Shown here in pieces: positions 28,535 through 32,000 of a stretch of 32,000 bases of DNA. The stretch lies in assembly GCF_001457595.1 (NCBI RefSeq), contig NZ_LN831039.1, positions 1,140,001-1,172,000 of the forward strand. Reading direction: 5' to 3'. Below the pieces are notes generated by a model. It ran no database searches and was not told the DNA's origin. It saw only the letters and a program-made list of their open reading frames with translations. Source of the stretch: Mycolicibacterium smegmatis (GTDB lineage: Bacteria; Actinomycetota; Actinomycetes; Mycobacteriales; Mycobacteriaceae). Position 1 is the stretch's first letter. Every line of letters starts with the position of its first letter. The position numbers were made by a program, and so were the translations under genes.

Positions 28535-29806
28535 GTGGTCGGCTACGGGCGCATCGACGGTGGGCCGCGGTCGGCGATCGTGGTCGGTGCCGGCACGGTC
28601 GGACTGTCGGCGGCGTGGTTCCTGCAGGAACGTGGTGTCGCCGTCACGGTCGTCGACCGGGTCGGCGTGGGCACCGGCGCGTCATGGGGCAATGCCGGGT
28701 GGATCGCGCCGGCGCTGACTGTGCCCGCCAACTCGCCGGCGATGCTGCGCGACGGCCTCCGCTCGCTGTTCGATTCGCAGGCGCCGCTGCACATCCCGCT
28801 GGCCGCGGACTCCGAACTCGCCAACTTCCTGATCCAGTTCGCCGCCAACTGTCGTCGCGCGTCATGGAAACGGGCGATACGCGCCAACGTCCCGCTCAAC
28901 GAGGAGTGCCTCGAAGCCTTCGATGTCCTGTTCGCCAACGGCGTCGACGCGCCTTTGACCGACGCACCCATCACCGCGTTGTTCAGCACCGCCGCCGAAG
29001 CCGAACGGATGATGCGTGATCTGCGCGCGCTCGAAGACGCCGGGCAGACGATTTCGGTCAGCGGACTGTCGGGCAGACAACTGCGCGACCAGGTTCCGCT
29101 GGCATCGCCGGCAATTGCCGCCGCACTGAACGTCAACGGCCAGCGCTACGTCGATCCGGGCCGGTTCGTGCAGGCGCTGCGACACGCGGTCGAGGAGCGT
29201 GGCGCCACGATGCGCACGATGGAGGTCTCCGACGTGTTGAGCTCCGGCAACGGAGTTCAGGTGTACCCCCGCATCGGCAAGTGGCTCACAGCCGACGTCG
29301 CGGTGGTCGCCACCGGCGCGTGGTTGCCGCGCCTGGCCGGTAGCCGCATCACCGTGCCGGTGCAGGCTGCGCGACGCTACTCGTTCACCGTGCCTGTCGA
29401 CCGTCCCATCCCCACGCCGATCTACCTGCCGGAGGCCGGGATCGCGTGCACGCCCCACAAGGGGGCACTGCGGGTCACTGGTGCCACCGAACTGCGCGAT
29501 CCCTATGAGCCGGCGATGCCGTCGCGCATCGGAGCCATGGTGGCCGCCGCCGAACCCCTGCTGGAGGGCGTGCGCTGGGCCGAGCGCAGCGACATCTGGG
29601 TCGGCCCAGGGGCTCTCACCCCAGACGGGCGGCCCCTGATCGGCGAGATGTCGCGCGGCGTGTACCTCGCCGGCGGTCATGGCATGTGGGGCCTGGCGCA
29701 CGGACCGGTGACCGGCAGGCTCCTGGCCGAGTACATCACCACCGGCAAGCAACCGGAGGCCCTACGACCGTTCGACCCGCTGCGCCGCACGGGTGCCGAC
29801 CCCTGA
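28535..29806 (+). CDS. FAD-dependent amino acid oxidase/dehydrogenase (DadA/DAO family)
   Basis: AIVVGAGTVGLSAAWFLQERGVAVTVVDR, GTGASWGNAGWIAP, TPDGRPLIGEMSRGVYLAGGHGMWGLAHGPVTG; GTG with GGAGG. Confidence 0.9.
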   Translation: MVGYGRIDGGPRSAIVVGAGTVGLSAAWFLQERGVAVTVVDRVGVGTGASWGNAGWIAPALTVPANSPAMLRDGLRSLFDSQAPLHIPLAADSELANFLIQFAANCRRASWKRAIRANVPLNEECLEAFDVLFANGVDAPLTDAPITALFSTAAEAERMMRDLRALEDAGQTISVSGLSGRQLRDQVPLASPAIAAALNVNGQRYVDPGRFVQALRHAVEERGATMRTMEVSDVLSSGNGVQVYPRIGKWLTADVAVVATGAWLPRLAGSRITVPVQAARRYSFTVPVDRPIPTPIYLPEAGIACTPHKGALRVTGATELRDPYEPAMPSRIGAMVAAAEPLLEGVRWAERSDIWVGPGALTPDGRPLIGEMSRGVYLAGGHGMWGLAHGPVTGRLLAEYITTGKQPEALRPFDPLRRTGADP

Positions 29807-29837
29807 CGAAATGCTCCACAAAGAGAAAGGACCCGAA

Positions 29838-29981
29838 ATGACCAGCGTTGAACCACGTTCGATGCCGCGCCTGGCCGTCGAAGTACCCGATGACCTCATG
29901 GACCGCTCAGGCCACGTCGAGATGAAGACCGACATCGTCGTCGTGCTCGACGATGGCTCGCCGAGCTGCGACTGCCGATAG
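29838..29981 (+). CDS. 47-aa small protein ending CDCR
   Basis: MTSVEPRSMPRLAVEVPDDLMDRSGHVEMKTDIVVVLDDGSPSCDCR; preceded by AAAGAAAGGA. Confidence 0.55.
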   Translation: MTSVEPRSMPRLAVEVPDDLMDRSGHVEMKTDIVVVLDDGSPSCDCR

Positions 29982-29993
29982 GAGGGGAAACCG

Positions 29994-30185
29994 ATGTCGC
30001 CCACTGCTCCGTCGCTCATGACGCTCACCAACCGACTCATGAAGGCCCACCACAGGATTCGCGAGCTCGAAGCCAGCGAGGCCGAGCTGCGCGAGAAAAC
30101 CAAGGTGCTCTGCGCCGTCATCGCCAAACTCACCACCGAGGTGCAGTCGCGTTCGGATGCCGAGCCGGTCATGGAGGACGCCTGA
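29994..30185 (+). CDS. 63-aa predicted coiled-coil protein
   Basis: TNRLMKAHHRIRELEASEAELREKTKVLCAVIAKLTTEVQS heptad-like region; AGGAGG upstream. Confidence 0.65.
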   Translation: MSPTAPSLMTLTNRLMKAHHRIRELEASEAELREKTKVLCAVIAKLTTEVQSRSDAEPVMEDA

Positions 30186-30325
30186 TGACCGCCGAACTGT
30201 CGACAACCGACCAGACGCTCGGGATCGATCCCGATGCGGTGGACCGCCTCCTTCTCATCGCCCTTCAGCGATGGGAGTCCGATGGAGGTGCCGTCCCCCC
30301 TCGAATGGTCCGACAACACGAATGA
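30185..30325 (+). CDS. 46-aa small protein, coupled to the coiled-coil gene (not in ORF track)
   Basis: MTAELSTTDQTLGIDPDAVDRLLLIALQRWESDGGAVPPRMVRQHE*; TGATG overlap with the preceding stop. Confidence 0.55.
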   Translation: MTAELSTTDQTLGIDPDAVDRLLLIALQRWESDGGAVPPRMVRQHE

Positions 30326-30334
30326 GGAGACCAC

Positions 30335-31462
30335 GTGGACGTTTTGGAACGACTCGACCTCGACACCGTCCGAGAACTGTCGCAGCGGACCGACAGGCTG
30401 GGAGTGGTGTCGCTGTACTTCAATGCCGACCCTACCCAGAACCTGCAGGTGCAGGCCATCGATCTGAGAAACCGATACCGGTTGTTACATCGCCGCATGG
30501 AAGCCGATGGCTCCCAACGCTATCGGGACGTCGCCGCAGCGCTGGAGCGCCGCAGGCCGCTCATCGAGACCCTGATCACCGGAGTCGCGTCGGGCCGCGG
30601 GCGCATCATGTTCATCGGGTTGGACGGCGACTGGACCGTGCACTTCGAGTGTATGATGCCGGTGACCAACCGTGTGGTGCTCGACGACGGCCCTTTCATC
30701 CACCCGCTGGTGGAAGTTCTCGACGAAGGCCGCCCGGCCGGCGTCGTGGTGATCTCCGCCGACGATGCGCGGTTGCTGGAATGGCGCCTGGGCCAGCTGC
30801 AGGAGATCAGTCGCATCGCGCAGCCGTTCGGTCAGGCGCCGCACGAGCGGGCCGGCCAGATGCGCGAACAGCGCCAGGCCCGCGAGCGTGACGGCATGCA
30901 GCGATTCGTGACCCAGGTGACCGCGACCGCGACGGATCTCGCCGAGGAGCGTGGGTGGGAACGGATCGTGGTCAGTGGCGGGCAACGCTGGACCGAGCCG
31001 GCCAAGACGAGGTTCGGTCCTCCGCTGCGCGGCAAGGTGCTGGTGGACCGGGGCCTCGGCGGCCTCGACGACGCTGCGCTGACGGCCGCCGTCACCGCGC
31101 GTCTGCACCGGCAGCACAAGTACGACGAACAGCAACTGCTCGACTACTTGTGTGACGCCGGCGGGACCGGTGATGTCGCACTGGGCCTGTCCGAGGTCGC
31201 CGCCGCACTGAACGCAGGCAGGGTCGACCATCTGGTGTACGACCCGGCCGTGCGCTACGTGGGGTCCGTGGGTGCCGACGGGTCGCTGTACGCCGACGGT
31301 GAGATCGCGCCGCACAGTCACGCGGCGACGAAGGACTCCCGATTCACCGAGCGCCTCGTCGACCGGGCATTGGCCACCGGCGCGAGGATCAGCCCGGTGG
31401 AGGGCGCGGCCGGTGCGGTGCTGAAGGACGCCGCAGGCGTCGCGGCGGTGCTGCGCTGGTGA
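30335..31462 (+). CDS. Bacterial eRF1-related (baeRF/Rv2629-like) protein
   Basis: VSLYFNADPT N terminus, RLLEWRLGQLQEI, ERIVVSGG, VLVDRGLGGLDDAAL, AAALNAGRVDHLVYD architecture. Confidence 0.75.
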   Translation: MDVLERLDLDTVRELSQRTDRLGVVSLYFNADPTQNLQVQAIDLRNRYRLLHRRMEADGSQRYRDVAAALERRRPLIETLITGVASGRGRIMFIGLDGDWTVHFECMMPVTNRVVLDDGPFIHPLVEVLDEGRPAGVVVISADDARLLEWRLGQLQEISRIAQPFGQAPHERAGQMREQRQARERDGMQRFVTQVTATATDLAEERGWERIVVSGGQRWTEPAKTRFGPPLRGKVLVDRGLGGLDDAALTAAVTARLHRQHKYDEQQLLDYLCDAGGTGDVALGLSEVAAALNAGRVDHLVYDPAVRYVGSVGADGSLYADGEIAPHSHAATKDSRFTERLVDRALATGARISPVEGAAGAVLKDAAGVAAVLRW

Positions 31463-31551
31463 GTCCGGCCGTAATCCGCAGGGCCGCAACGTCGCACCCG
31501 GGTGACGGCCGACACGTGTCGAAAAGGCGTACAGCGGGTACTAGTTGACGC

Positions 31552-32000
31552 ATGCGACCGATCACCTTGGCCAAGACAGCATCTGCAGTAATCGCGACGG
31601 GAGTCGTCGGCGGGCTCGCGAGCCGCGGGTCACAGACTGCCTGGTATCAGTCGCTGCGCAAGCCGTCGTTCCAGCCGCCGCCTGCGGCGTTCCCGATCGC
31701 GTGGAACCTGCTGTACGCCGATATCGCGTCGACGTCGGCCCACACCATCGACAAGTTCCAGGAGCAGAACCGTGACGACAAGGCCCGCGCCTATTCGGTG
31801 GCTTTGGCCGCCAACCTGATCCTCAATGCGAGCTGGTCGTGGATCTTCTTCAACCGCGGCAAGCTCGGCACCGCTGCCATCGCGGCCGGGGCGCTCGCGG
31901 CCAGCAGCGCCGACCTCACCCGTCGTGCGGTCGACGCGCAGGGCGCACGCGGTGCGATCCTCGCGCCCTACCCGCTGTGGTGCACGTTCGCGACGGTGCT
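31552..32000 (+). CDS. tspO: TspO/MBR-family tryptophan-rich sensory protein (partial at window end)
   Basis: ASRGSQTAWYQSLRKPSFQPPPAAFPIAWNLLYADIA...LILNASWSWIFFN. Confidence 0.85.
   Translation, partial: MRPITLAKTASAVIATGVVGGLASRGSQTAWYQSLRKPSFQPPPAAFPIAWNLLYADIASTSAHTIDKFQEQNRDDKARAYSVALAANLILNASWSWIFFNRGKLGTAAIAAGALAASSADLTRRAVDAQGARGAILAPYPLWCTFATV

Noticed and set aside
28113-28718. 201-aa plus-strand ORF
   Set aside because: Antisense to the well-supported 39-aa gene and overlaps the oxidase in another frame
28333-29019. 228-aa plus-strand ORF
   Set aside because: Out of frame with the FAD oxidase, shadow composition after the first codons
1-32000. tRNA/rRNA genes, transposases, prophage genes
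   Set aside because: None recognised; all large intervals are explained by ordinary protein-coding genes

Overview
High-GC actinobacterial DNA, strongly mycobacterial. The gene order matches the fadD8 - amidohydrolase - menC - bpoC - menD - membrane protein - mgtA - menG neighbourhood known from Mycobacterium (Rv0551c-Rv0558 in M. tuberculosis). It is expanded here by several insertions: a small secreted protein, a frameshifted F420-type LLM oxidoreductase, two DJ-1/PfpI-domain genes, a DsbA-like lipoprotein, a ~650-aa aconitase and an SDR. Downstream (about 18.9-24.8 kb) is a compact, translationally coupled accessory operon: a divergent glutamine-synthetase-like ligase, a FadR/GntR regulator, an APC permease, a PuuD-like gamma-glutamyl hydrolase, a true-nitrilase-type enzyme and a small membrane protein. 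This is the best candidate for a little-described pathway, possibly gamma-glutamylation-protected catabolism of an amino-nitrile. The right end carries a CobW-type GTPase, fdxA plus an HTH regulator, an Rv1733c-like membrane protein, several tiny proteins, a DadA-like FAD oxidase, a baeRF-like (bacterial eRF1-related) protein and the start of a TspO/MBR protein. Non-coding signals include a KstR-type operator upstream of fadD8, a Zur/Fur-like dyad before the CobW gene, a pair of 65-bp dyad-containing direct repeats, several strong hairpins and a perfect 12-bp palindrome. Family calls are from recognition of motifs and remembered homologues; no searches were run.
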